Notes: generated by a model from the sequence alone, not told the origin. Positions 1 through 12,393 are shown, counted from the stretch's first letter. The stretch is DNA of 64,000 bases from Callorhinchus milii (GCF_018977255.1 NW_024704742.1:32924001-32988000), one strand, 5' to 3'. Made by a program: numbers and translations.

Positions 1-574
1 TTCAATTTATAATACAAAAGGTGCCTTTTTCAAATAGCAACGTCTCCAAAATGCACTGTCCTTGAGCCCATTTTTATCAATTCAACCTCCTTACAACGTG
101 CAGAATATTCAGCCAAAATATAACATTTTTAAATAACAGATTTATGCAACTCCCTTTCTATTCCTGCTGCCAGAGAAATAAAGTCATGATAGCAATGATT
201 TCAGCAGTGAATTAATTGCTTACATGCAATGAGATATAGAACGCTCTTGAAACTTTTGAAAAGATGCCATTTCCAGCCCAATATTATTTATTTATCCAAG
301 CCTTTCGATGTATCATGATCAGTCAGAAAGACTTTCCCAGAAAAGGCACAAATTGAAAGAAATGTATTTTTGTTTTAAGTAAATGAAATCTGAAGCAACT
401 TTGTGCCTTAGTATTTTGGTAACAGGATGTGATTTGAGTGGCTGCATCTTTCGTATATCATTCTTAGAAGTGAGCCATGAAGTTCAGCCTTTAACTGGAT
501 TGCTTATGTCGTGATTCAATCTTGGCTAATACCCAGCAGTAGATTACAGAATATGGTGAAGGTAGAGTGCATAG

Positions 575-655
575 TTCTAAAGGGGATCTAGCATCAGCAC
601 AGACCAAATGGCTTCCTTCTGTACTGTAACTTTCTATTATTCTTTGTTTCTATGT
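575..655 (+). mobile_element. CR1-clade LINE 3' tail, degraded
   Basis: gcacagaccaaatggcttccttctgtactgtaac...ttctat matches the CR1 tail seen more intact at 15255-15385. Confidence 0.5.
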
Positions 656-1669
656 TTTAAAGGTCCCAACGCTTGAACCTGCAAATTTCTGACTCAAAGA
701 GTGCTACAAAATGAGTCAAACTAACATATATTAAATTATATTGGAGGTTACCTGAATTGAACACATGGGACTGATTAAACCTTAACACAGTTAAGCAAAA
801 CATGAATAAGCTTGTACAGCTATGGGATTAGATGCCAAGCAAGTGAGAAGGGAGAGAGGGAGGTAACCATAGGTACAGTCGAAGAGGTAAGGCATATAAT
901 GGGATTGAAAGATAGATAAATAAATACACGACAGAGGGATTGAGGTAGGGTGGCAGGCACCACTGTTATAATAGGCAAAGGTGCAATAGTATAGTCCAAT
1001 TAATAATTTTCTTTTAGTGCCTCTAGGAATACAGTATGCAGTAAACTGTATAGATATCTTTGTTTACAAGAACACAATACTATTATCCCACCTAATAGTC
1101 TAACCAGAAATTGACAACCTATTCCAAGAAAATCACAGGTGCATCAGAACAGCAGACTATTCTGTAAGTGAAACTCTTTAAAGTCTCTAGAAGCCAAGGC
1201 CAAACTCTACCTCTGTAGTAACAGAACACTGATCCTTCCGCTCTGAGGAATTGTGCATCAGCCCACTTGCACACTGCATCACCAGTCTCTCCTCAACAGT
1301 GCATTCTTTATATCAAAACTGTGTGTTGCGATCTCATGGTTTGATCTCTTAAGAAATAGCATTGTTGAAAAGAATACAGCAGAGACACAGTCTGTCACTA
1401 TCTAGAATGCTAGTGAGTAAAAGCATTGGTAACAGTGCAGTTTTTCTTAGCTGTTACCACAGTCAGACACCTTAATGTCTCCAACCATATGTCACAGCCT
1501 CTTTAACTGACATCAATATGCCATCCAATGTCAGTATTCATTTGACACCAGAGATAAGTGCACCATGCACCTATTTAGAGAATTGATCTGTTATTATTTT
1601 GTAACCCTTACCCTACTGAATAAATAGGAATTTCTCATTGTAGCACAACAACTACTTGCATTTATATAG

Positions 1670-1812
1670 TGGACACTGCTGTGCGCAATTGGATGCTGCA
1701 TTTCGCCCACAAATATACAGTCAATTCACTTTACAATATATTCTGTGAAGTGCTTTGAGATGTCGAGAAGATGTGAAAAGCGCTATATCAAATGCAAGGA
1801 TTATTATTATTA
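1670..1812 (+). mobile_element. SINE family A 3' fragment inserted into a minus-strand L2 tail
   Basis: Matches the 3' half of full copies and ends in (ATT)n; flanked by direct repeat ttatatag (1662-1669, 1813-1820). Confidence 0.85.
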
Positions 1813-3224
1813 TTATATAGCACCCTTCACACATTGTAATATCTGGAGCGCTTGTTGAAGCAATAACACAATACTTTTATGGTTAACCTTGATAAAAGAC
1901 TAACACGACTGCTATTCTGAGAATAATAGGGTAGGTTGAGATGTCTCCAGGGAACTCAGAGCATAATTCTCTGCAGTCACTTCTTGCAACCCCCAAAAGA
2001 AAATGGTTTCATTCAGCAATGAAACAATCGCGTAACATTTCAATGCATTTTGTTTAATCAGCAGAACCTAAAAGCCTCTGAGTTCCATATTCCTAAATCT
2101 ATTTTCAATTTGCAAAAACCATCAAAAAATTGATATAATTTGCTAGGCAACGAGGAGAGCACGGTGCCAGTGAACATTTTTTGCTGCTAAAATGTTTACA
2201 AACAAACGGCTGAGCAATAAGCAAGGTGGCACTGATCATCATTTAACAGCAAAAAGCAACATGTATTCATGTTCCCCACTTGGCAAAGATACCTACTTTT
2301 GAAAAAGGTATCTACATGTTCTCCTTACGCAAGCCAATGTTTTTTTGACCTTGCAATTGCTTTGTTAATGATTCAAGAGCTGTGCTGGTTACAAGCTCAT
2401 TATGCATGCTTACGTGAATGCTACACCTGATGCTCAAATATCAAAAAGAGAGCAGTTAACTTTGTTTAAAAAGCCACAGCGTTTTTTTTAGAAAACAGGA
2501 TGCTTTCGTGTGAGCTTGATAATTTGAACTCAGCCACTGTGCTTCAATTGTTATTTGGACTGAGTTTTCAAGGACCATTAAAACAATGCTGTTGAGCTGA
2601 TTTTGTACCTGTGAAATGGAAGGGGATTCTCGTTGCAAAAGGACACCACATGTTTGAATGACTAATTAAATCCTCCTCCTACGCTTGTTGTCTTGAATGT
2701 AACCAGTCTGTGACTATGTGTGGATTTTGTTTCATACAGTCAACCTGCCACCACGTTAGATAGAATAACCTAATTTACCTGATGTAACAGTTTGAAGCAA
2801 TGTTTTAGCAAGTAACTAAGCAGCAGAATAAATACTGCCAGAAGAAATAAACAATTTAAGTACCTTTACTCTCATTTATTGGTGCAACCTGCTTATGACG
2901 ACAGTCTGATGGTGCCAGACAGTAATTATGATGACTGTAACAATGATCTTTAATGCTTTCAAAATTATTATTTCATTGATGCTAACATTTCGGTCAATAT
3001 AATAATAATCGTTGCATTTGACATAGCACTCACTAAATGATCGCATTATACTGGTAGCGGCAGATTCTTTTTCCAATGCTATTTGCCATCAGATTCAATT
3101 TTATGCATTACAATTAATTACTGTTGAGCAATCATGTTGTAAGATCGATAAGATCAAATTAAGCTAATAATTGATTGATGGCAAAAACAGGTAGTTACAA
3201 TTTGGAATAAAATAATGTGACATC

Positions 3225-3385
3225 AGCCAGTTAATTTGCACACAGCCAAGTCCCACAAAAAACATGACGTGATTAACTCATTTTATTTGGAGGACTATTG
3301 ACCAGGACTCTAGGAAAAACTCCCTTGTCTTTTCAAATAGTGCCATGTGATCTTTACTGTCCATCTGAACAGGTCTGCCTAAGCT
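3225..3385 (-). mobile_element. SINE family B (Deu-domain) internal fragment
   Basis: tcaaatagtgccatgtgatcttt..gtccatctgaacagg is the reverse complement of the Deu core at 56900-56960. Confidence 0.6.
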
Positions 3386-3606
3386 TAAGTTAAATTTAAG
3401 TTGCATTTAACAGCAAAACTACATAAAAGAAATGGCTAAGCTTCTTATCGTTCAATGCCTTTTGCCAAAGTACATTACGTTACGTGGAATCCTGCAGCAT
3501 ATTGGTTAAAGTACTCGCCTCACAAGCGAGAGGGTTACTGCGGTGCACAAATTATAGTAATCCTTGTATTTGACATAGACTGCTCAAATTGATTGCTCCA
3601 TCTGCC

Positions 3607-3990
3607 TACATAACATAAGAACATAAGAAATGCTAGATGAAAAAAAGATCATGGTCCATTTAGTTCACCTTCCACCTTCTTGGTGGTCGTATGCACATAT
3701 GTCCCAAACTACCTATGTACTATATCCTATAATGTTATTTTCTATATAAAAAAATTTAATCTGTGTTTGAAAGAATCAACACTTTCTGCTCCAATCGTCA
3801 ACCTAGAGAGCCTATTCCACAGGTTCATTATTTGCTCACTGAAATAGTGTTTGCGTAGATTCGTTCTGAATTTACCCCCATTCCTCTGGTTATACGATTC
3901 TGGATAAGTTGAAACAGCCTGTCATGATCTACATTGCCTATTTTTATTGATCATACACCTGATATGCACCTAAACGAAAGAGTTTAGCTA
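3607..3990 (-). mobile_element. CR1-clade LINE 3' fragment
   Basis: (ACATAAGA)n tail repeat followed by ctattccacaggttc..ctgaaatagtgttt, typical of an antisense CR1 ORF2 end. Confidence 0.6.
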
Positions 3991-4149
3991 TAAGGTAAGT
4001 AAATACTGACCTCGGGAATCAAAGAGGAATTTTCCAGGTAAATCTGGAATCTGTTGGGGATCTGCAACCAAGGGACACAAGTACCATATAGTGACATGGG
4101 GATCTTATAAGACAATGTAGGAGGAACTATTTCACACTGATGGTTCAAA

Positions 4150-4362
4150 AAGATAAGGACCTATCTCCCAGTGTCCTTGTCAACAATTTCCCACATAGAA
4201 TTGGTTATTCACTTCATAGCTGTTTGTGAGACAATGCTGTGCACAAATTGATTGCTGTGTTTACCTACCAATTAGTCACGATAATTTGTAGCAAATCCTA
4301 TGAAAGGCTTTGAGATGTCCACCTGACATGAAGGTCACTATGTCGAATGCAAGGATTAATAA
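4150..4362 (+). mobile_element. SINE family B 3' half
   Basis: agctgtttgtgagacaatgctgtgcacaaattg...gaatgcaaggattaataat. Confidence 0.65.
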
Positions 4363-4412
4363 TGATAAGAAAAAGTAACTTTTTGTCCTTTTCTTCTTTC
4401 ATTAATGTTGAT

Positions 4413-4729
4413 AATAATAATCCTTGCATTTGATATAGCGCTTTTCACGTCGGGAGGACGTCCCAAAGCGCTTCACAGAACACACTGTAAAGTGAATTGA
4501 CTGTATATTTGTGGGCGAACGCGGCAGCCAATTGCGCACACCAATGTCCCACAAACAGTCGTAGATTGAAAATGACCAATTTATTATTGTTTTGGGTTTT
4601 TTTTGGAGGGATTATTATTAGGCGTGTGGAGTAAGGAAACTTGCCAAGGTTTCGCCCTCTGCCTGGAATTGAACTCAGGTCTCTCGCTTGCAAAGCGAGT
4701 GCTCTAACCACTGAGCTACAGGACTCCAC
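4413..4729 (-). mobile_element. SINE family A, short internally deleted subfamily, full length
   Basis: tRNA-like head with A/B boxes, ccttggcaagtttccttactccacacgcct, shared L2-like tail and (ATT)n; closely matches 61625-61930. Confidence 0.9.
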
Positions 4730-5746
4730 AATCTTCATACACAATGTGAATGTGACAAAATAACTTACATTTATATCGCCCTGTTCGTATAAAATGAGTC
4801 TCAAAGTGACAAACCTTATACAATAAGATAATACTAGCAGAAGTACATCTCAATGGGCATCTTGTGGTAAAGAAGCAATGGAAGTACTGCTATTCATGAC
4901 TGACGAGTATATTTTCATTTTGGAAGTTAGAAACATCAGAAATATTCAACTCCCATGTATTTTCATTTAATATTTTAATTCAAGTTTGACACACATATAA
5001 CGTCTTTCATGTTAGGAGAAAATTTGAGGCATCCAAAGATTCATTTAACAAATGGCTGTTGGCTTATCCAGGCTGACACAAGTCACACACTGCTCTTAAT
5101 TTATCTTTTCTTCTTTCAGTAATGTTGATCTTCAGACACAATCTCTACTGATATTCCAGTGAATGTGACAAAATAACTTACATTTATATAGTTCCGTTTG
5201 TATAAAGTAAGTCTCATAGGCACAAATGCTTACATAATAGCAATTTACATTTATATAGCACCAGCAGAAGTGAATTCTAATGGGCTTCAAACAACAGGCC
5301 TAGTCATATGAGTTTGTTCTGTCAAAGTTTCAATTAGAATTATGCTCCTACATATTGCAATACAAAAAATGATTTTTTCATCTAGAGTCACTGTTTGGTG
5401 GTTTATGAGAAACAAATGGGTGCTTGATACAGAACTACACACATCAGTCACAGGCAGTGCAAGGGCCAGTGAGTAATATGCTACTATAAGATGTTTATTT
5501 CTATGAGTTTATCAACAGCTTTAAACCACATGTTAAGCTATATCACAAGAAAAGTTACAGGTTTAAAATGTCTTACTGTTCTGCGGTTCAAACCACATCC
5601 TTCATCCAGATTATATTTGTTTCACAGACTGGTAGTATAATTTTTCAAAGTTTAATATATTATTTGTATCTAAGTTACTGGAGCTCTGTTTGTTCAATTT
5701 ATAACTTAGGTTAAGGGCCGAGGCTTATAGTGCAGTATATAATCAT

Positions 5747-6185
5747 GTGTTAGCCTGGCTTAGTTGGTAGTACTCTTGCCTCTGAGTCAGAAGGCTGTGG
5801 ATTCAAGCCCCATTGCCAGGCCTTGAAATCCGTATGGTCTATGATGACACTTCAATGCAATGCTGAAGCTGTGCTACATTGTCAGAGCTGCCATCTCTCG
5901 GATGAGATGTCCTGTCTGCCTGTCCAGGTGGACATTAAATATCTCATGGCTCTATTCGAAAAGAGAAGGTAGTTCCTTCCAGTGTCCTGGCCAACAATGC
6001 CCCAAATAGAAAAAAAAGGCACTCATTCCATGGCTATTGTAGGATAATGCAAATTCCTTACTGCGAGCGCCCACAAAATATACAGTATTTCCTGTTGCAG
6101 TATATCCTGTTAAGTGATTTGAGATGTCTCGATGACATGTTAGGGCACTGTGTCAAAGGCAAGTACTATTCTTATAATAATTATT
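5747..6185 (+). mobile_element. SINE family B (tRNA head + Deu domain + L2-like tail), full length
   Basis: Head gcctggcttagttggtag..ctctgagtcagaagg; Deu core ggatgagatg..caggtggacattaaa; resembles SacSINE1/AmnSINE1-type DeuSINEs (from recall). Confidence 0.85.
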
Positions 6186-7324
6186 TTTTAATTGTATTAT
6201 TACTATCATCAGTGACTCAATCTTGGTACACCCTGAAGAGGCAATGAACCAATGCTCTCCGCAACAGGAAATAATGGGAAAAAAAACTTGATACTATTAT
6301 TGTAGTAAGAAAAATTCTCCCAAGAATAATTTTACAATATGCCACAGGTCCAAGCTATTTACACGGTTTCTAAATGAGTTTCATCTGACAATATATTACG
6401 TAAATGCAAGGATGTGAAAATCGTTTGAACAGTTAGGCCATCCTCTTGAGGTTCCCAATGTTAGCTGTGGTAGAAAATTTCACTTTCTCAGGGGCGAGGG
6501 GCACAGCTGCTGGGTGGAACGTCTCTCCCAATGATCTGAGCAGGTTAGTCTGCCCAGTGCAATCTCTTAATTAAAGTTTGGAGTTTGTAAGAAGGGCTAC
6601 AGCCACCCAGAACTTTTACACCAGTGAAGGTTACAATATTAAAATATGAACTACTCCCAAGCTGTGAACAAAGATGATAAAAATATCACTTGGGTAAAGA
6701 ATTTGGTTTAAACTTTAGAAAAACATACACATTTTAAAATGTGCCACTTGACATGTGGTGCAAGCTTATTTGGAAACTCATAGCAAATAAACGTCTCATG
6801 ATGCAGCTAATAATACTCAGTGGGCCCTTCACTGCCAGTGGCTAACACGTATGTGGTTCTGTAGCCTTCATTTACTTATTTCCCATAAACCACAAACTTG
6901 TGTCTCTGTACAAAACAAATGAACAAATGTCTTGCAATATGTAGGAACACAATTCTAATGAGGCCAAAGACTGACTAAACCAATTTGTATGTCCACGTTT
7001 ATAATTCTGGTATTCTATTATATATGACTTTGTTTCTTTGAGGCTTACATGAAAGGGATTATATAAATGCAAGGTTGTTCTTTTCAGGTTCACTGGAAGA
7101 TCAACAAACATTGTATCTGAAGATCAAAAATACTGAAAACTGTTGCGGTGACTGAAGATTCACAGTTTTGTCACACTTTAATACATTTCATATAGTTTTA
7201 GTGTAGGACAGAAAATGAAAGGACAAAGGTGACGTTTTGCCCAATAGGCTAGTGCCCACCTTGTAAATAGGTTTGCTGTTTTCCACTGGAAAGCTAAACA
7301 AGATACAATAGAATTGCTTTATAA

Positions 7325-7470
7325 TGCTATAATGTGATGATTAGGGTCCCCAAAAAATCCCAATTCGTGTTATTTGGAGGCTGCGATAGCTGGTTTCACT
7401 GCACATGCATTCAGCTATCCCACTTGCATCCTGTGTCCCCAGGCTTCCAAGTGCTAAAAAATTGCACAGA
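7325..7470 (+). pseudogene. Degenerate PHD-finger coding remnant, probably transposon-derived
   Basis: Frame reads FVLFGGCDSWFHCTCIQL (CxxWFHxxC core); the flanking CxxC pairs appear only if 1-bp indels are allowed. Confidence 0.45.
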
Positions 7471-8240
7471 CAGCCTACCGGAAGGAGAACCCCGGGAACC
7501 TCATGATCTGAAAATCAGCCACCTTAGGCATACAGGATCATTAGGTCATCGCTGACAGTGACCTGTTGGCAGTGACCAGTTGATTCAGAAGTTGGCCATT
7601 TTTAGTGTTTAGTTATAGGTAAATGTGGTACCTAATCTGCACCAGCAACATCTAACAATAATAATGAAATGAGTAGCCAATTCATTTGAGTTGGGGAGTT
7701 TATTTGTGCCAGGAAGGGAATAGAAACCAGGTTAAACTGAGAGAAAGAGTTCACTTTTCTTTCAAATAGCAACTGCTAGGTGGTTCTTTTATGTCCACCT
7801 AAATTGCAAGGCAGACAGAATCTAAAATTAATAACAGAATCAAGGAATGGGATGATGATCTCTGAGGTCCTATGGCAAAGAAATGCTACAGTGTTCATCT
7901 GAAAGTGTTTTCACATCGATCTTGTGAGCATTGTTTTTTTTCCCCCCAGAGCCTTTCTCACTGTTTTAATTTTTTTCAGTAATGACCTTTAAAACCGAGC
8001 TGATTTACTGAAATCCCTGTAAAGGGCATAATGCACTGCTGGGAAGAAAACAGCAGATTTGTTCCTGAAGTGTTTTATAAGATGGAATAAGCGGCTAGAA
8101 TTGCATCTATCAGCAACTTATGAACTCACAATCTTATCTTCTTTAATTCATTCTCCTGTCAAAAGTAAAAGCATCAATAACATTTCTCTGGAACCAGTTG
8201 CAGTGTACAGCAGATGGTTGTCACACATTCACTGAAAAAG

Positions 8241-8775
8241 TTTTTTTGAGGTGTTTGACACTTGTGTACACCTTTTGCCATGCTTAAGAGTATTCAAACC
8301 AAGCAGAGTTCCATGCACCCCACCAACACATGGAAATTCTGGAGATGTTTATTAATCCTTTCACCTTGCCCCTCTCTTCCCATTTTCAAATCATGCTTGA
8401 AGACCTTCCTCTTTGATTGTGCTTTCTGTCACCTTCCCCTCCCCCTGGTTCGGCATCGGGCTCCGCCAGTGTTAAGCGCTCCAAGACGCCGCCTGGCGTG
8501 AAGACCACTATATTAATGCAAGTTGGTGTTGGAATGGAATGTGCAATCTCTCCCTGGAGTGACACATCCTGCTGATCTAACCCTGGAAAATATTAGGTGC
8601 AGGTGTAGGCCTCGCCAGCTAAAAACGCATAGCTTGTCATTGGGAGCACTGCCTGGCAAGTTTTCTTGCTGCTTGTCCAGCTAGAATCACCCTATCCATT
8701 AGAGCTTTGGATTGCAGATTTAACAGGAGCTGAGTGGGAAGAGTCCCTACCCTCAGTGACTCGTCTGCCCTTCCA
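8241..8775 (-). mobile_element. Unclassified interspersed repeat family C, interrupted by an L2 tail
   Basis: Shares ttggtttg(g/a)atactcttaagcat, ttttagctgg and cccactcagctcc blocks with the other copies; ends in an A-tract. Confidence 0.7.
8355..8530 (+). mobile_element. L2 LINE 3' end
   Basis: FKSCLKTFLFD C-terminus, pyrimidine tract, aagcgctccaagacgcc..tatattaatgcaagttggtgtt tail. Confidence 0.85.
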
Positions 8776-8914
8776 AGTCCCTCCGAAGAAGTTGGAAGAG
8801 CTGGCGGGAGGCATGGAACAGATTGAAGACTTTAATCATTCAATCCATTGGGAGGAGTTAGACTCCCTACCAAGATAGCAGGTGCAGACGGCATTGATGT
8901 TGAGTTCCTAAAAG

Positions 8915-8990
8915 GGATCCGTTACTGTAAAGCGCTCTGAGACGCTGTCCGGGTGGAGGGAGCTATATAAATCAAAGTTGTTGTTGTTGT
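8915..8990 (+). mobile_element. L2 3' tail only
   Basis: tgtaaagcgctctgagacgc..gctatataaatcaaa(gtt)n; flanked by aaag. Confidence 0.8.
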
Positions 8991-9518
8991 GAAAGCTGCT
9001 CTGAGGGAAGGGATGGAGAATGGTCAGGATCTTATAGATCCAAGCCAGGAACCTACAACTCGCATTGGAACTGCCATCCTAGTACTGGTCAACAGGACTC
9101 TCTCTGAGTCATGCACTTCTTCAGTGTTCCAGAGCACAGTTGTGGTTTCTATCCAAAAGAAGGGTGACCCTAGTGAGATCAAGAACTACAGAGGGATCTC
9201 ACTGATTTCAGTGATTCTTAAACTGGTGCTTTGTGTAGTCATTGTACATGTATCACATGCATTGGAGACTTGTGGTTTGATCAGGAAGGAATAGGTTAAC
9301 TTCTGTTTTCGTGAGGATTGTGCGGGATAGGTTGTGACCTCATACGAGATCGGTTCATCGGCTTTTGACTTTGTGCTTCATGAAACCTCCATGATGAAAT
9401 CGTAGCCTTTGGAATATATTGCCAAAATTTGGATTTTATCTAGAATTGTATTCCAGCTCCAAGATCTGTGTAAGGGTTTACAGTGGACTGACTAAGCTCA
9501 TCCTCTTGAAAGGGGGGT

Positions 9519-10520
9519 GAGGGGGCTCACTGTCACATGTGGAATCCCTCAGGGCTCTGTCCTTGGTCCCCTCCTCTTCAATCGTTACATGCTCCCACTC
9601 AACAATGTCACCCGCAGGCATGGGGTCAATTTCCACATGTATGCAGATGACACCCAACTCTATCTCTCCACCTCCACCCTCGACTCCAGGACCATTGATG
9701 TCCTGGCTAATTTTCTGTCTGACATCAAGTCCTGGATAAGAGCCAACTTCCTCCAGCCCAGTGTTGGCAAGACAGCGGCCCTCCTGCTTGGCTCTTGGCA
9801 GCGCCTCTTCACTTCAGCCGCTAACACTATCACCCTTCATGGCTGTCTTCTTCACCTCACCGAGCCAATCTGAAACCTCTGTGTCCTTTTTGAGCCTCAG
9901 CTATCCTTCAAACTCCACATTCGTGCCACGATCTATTCTGCCTTTTCACACCTCAGCAACATTGCCTGCCTCTGCCACTGCCTCTCCTCGCAGACACTAA
10001 TCCATGCTTTCATTGTGTCCCGGCTTGACTACGCCAACTGTCTGCTCATTGGACTTCCTAGCTCTTACCTCCACAAGCTTAGATTATTCAGAACTCTGCA
10101 GCTCGTGTCCCCTCCTGCACCAGGCTCCGGGAACTTATCACCCTGTTTTTGCCCATCTTCACTGGCTCCTCATTCCTCAGAGAAATGAGTACAAAACCCT
10201 TGTTCTTACCTTCAAGGATCTCCACGGTCTTGCTCCCCCCTACCTCTCCGATCTCATAACCGCATATCAGCCTGTCCGCTCCCTCCACTCAGCAGACTCC
10301 AGCCTGCTTCAGAATCGGCATTGGCTGTCAGGCATTCAGCATCTCTGCCCCCACACGCTGGAACTCTATCCCGCAATTCCTCTGGCTCACCTGAATCCCC
10401 CCTGCCTTCCTCTCCTTCTGACCCCAACTCCCAGCTCAAGTCCCAAATCCCTGATTGTCCAGCACACTGGGACATCTTTCCGATGTGAAGGGTGCTTTAC
10501 AAATGTAATTTGTTGTTGTT
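9519..10520 (+). mobile_element. L2 LINE, 5'-truncated (RT domain to tail)
   Basis: [34 protein letters not shown] motifs with frameshifts; (TTG)n tail; ~13-bp target-site duplication. Confidence 0.93.
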
Positions 10521-10574
10521 GAAAGGGGGGGTAAGGCAAGGCTGCCCATTGTCACCGACTCTATTTGATGATAG

Positions 10575-11090
10575 CAAAGCAGTGTTGCTTTGTCACCTCC
10601 CGCCTGAATTATTCAAACGCACTCCTCGCCGGTCTCACCAGCTCCACTATTCAAAAGATCCAGCTCATTCAGACCTCTGCCGCCCACGTACTGACCCGGA
10701 CCAAACTCCGTACCCACATCTCACCAGGTCTGGCCAGACTCCACTGGCTCCCCATCACCGAATGGATCGACTTCAAGATCCTCACACTTGTGTTCAAATC
10801 CATTCACTCCCTGGCACATCCCTACCTCCCTGATCCCCTGACTCCCCAATCCACCATCTGGCGCCTCCGCTCGACTGGCACCGGTCTCCTGTTCATCCCT
10901 CGCACCCTCTGCCCCACCATCGAAGGTTACGTTTTTCCACTACGCCCCAAAACTCTATGGCTGCCTATCCTCCCACACCCCCCACCCCCGGTTCAGTGAG
11001 CTCGGAGTCAAGCTCCGCCACTGATAAGCACTCTGAGACCTGCCCTGCGTGGGGGAAGCTAAAAAANGTGAAAGTTGTTGTTGTTGCTGA
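10575..11090 (+). mobile_element. L2 LINE 3' fragment
   Basis: FVTSRLNYSNALLAGL..LHWLPITEWIDFKILTLVFK; (GTT)n tail. Confidence 0.9.
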
Positions 11091-11107
11091 GAACAGCCAG
11101 TTCAGAC

Positions 11108-11520
11108 AATAATAATCCTTACATTTGGCATAGTGTCTTTCATGTCAGGAGGAATTACTGTGAAGCAGAATGGCTGTGTGTTTATGAACACAGCAGCTCA
11201 ATTGCACACAGCAATGTCCCACAATCAGCCATGAAATTAATGACTAATTTTATCTGTGAGACTGTTGGCCAGTACATTGGGAGAAACTCCCTTTTTTCGA
11301 GTAGTGGGATATAATGGGATCCCTAACGTCTACCTGAACAGGCTGATGAGACCTCAGTTTAACATCTTAACGATGGCACCTCCGACAATGCAACATACCC
11401 CTAGCATTGCTTTGGAATGTCAGACTAGAGTATATGAGTTCAAGTCCCAAGATGAGCTTGAATCCCAAACCTTCTGATTTCAGAGGTGAGAGAGCAACTC
11501 ACTGAGCCAGGCTGACACCC
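11108..11520 (-). mobile_element. SINE family B, full length
   Basis: Reverse complement of the head-Deu-tail arrangement; ends actgagccaggctgacac. Confidence 0.85.
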
Positions 11521-11961
11521 AAACAAAGCTTAATGTTAGCACAATTCCATTTGTGGAGCAAGGGAGCTGCGATTTTTTGTGAGCTTGGATTTACAACTTT
11601 TGCATTAATTCCATGTTACTTGTTCACATGACAATGAAAGATAAATCGTGCCAAGTCTGGAAAGCAATAAACACATATAATGGAGTTTGGAAATATAGGC
11701 AGAAAGATTGTGGAAGCTGTCACTCCTTAATTGTGCATGATTTATAATGTTTTTTAATTCATCCCAAGGAAATGTCGCCTAACTTCTTGTGGGTACACCT
11801 GCAGTGTGGTCGCTCAATATAAATGTAATGTCTAGTGAGTATGCCTGCATTTGTGGTCACTCAATATAAGTGTGGAACAAGAATATTGATGTGTTTAGTG
11901 ATCAGTGAATGATTGACCTCATAGTTTCAGTAGAGGACATTCTGATGTTTAGGCAGTGGAA

Positions 11962-11964
<3 letters not shown>

Positions 11965-11994
<30 letters not shown>
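11965..11994. repeat. (GA)15 microsatellite
   Basis: Direct reading. Confidence 0.97.
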
Positions 11995-11997
<3 letters not shown>

Positions 11998-12109
11998 AAT
12001 TTGAAGCTTTCATAATGAATTTCTTGGTGAAAACTATCACAAAGAACATATTATGAAACAACCCAAATTAATTTCTTATATATCCCTTACTTAATTTATA
12101 AATCAATTC

Positions 12110-12393
12110 ACACCCTAACACCTCCCTGGCTCTGGCCTTCCACATGTCCCTTGTCTCCTCCGCTCCACCAGCCGTACTTTCAGCCACTACACCCCAAAAC
12201 CTTCAAACTCTGTGCCTCAATCCTTCTGCCTTACCTCTCCTTGCCCATCTTCACATCTCATCTGAAGACCTTTGACTATTGCCTACAATCATCTCTCCCC
12301 TCTCCCGATTCAGCATCAAGCTCTGCCACTGTTAAGCACTCCAAGAACTGCGCATATAAAGGGCACTATATAAATGCAAATTGTTGTTGTTGA
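12110..12393 (+). mobile_element. L2 LINE 3' end
   Basis: IFTSHLKTF; gttaagcactccaag..cactatataaatgcaaa(ttg)n. Confidence 0.85.

Larger units (their letters stand above)
8790..10570 (+). mobile_element. Fossil non-LTR reverse transcriptase (RTE/RTEX-like) in three pieces: ~8790-8914, 8991-9518, 10521-10570
   Basis: AGADGIDVEFLK / VVVSIQKKGDPSEIKNYRGISLISVILKL..KE*VNFCFREDCAG*V / KGGVRQGCPLSPTLFD are collinear RT motifs once the L2 inserts are removed. Confidence 0.8.
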
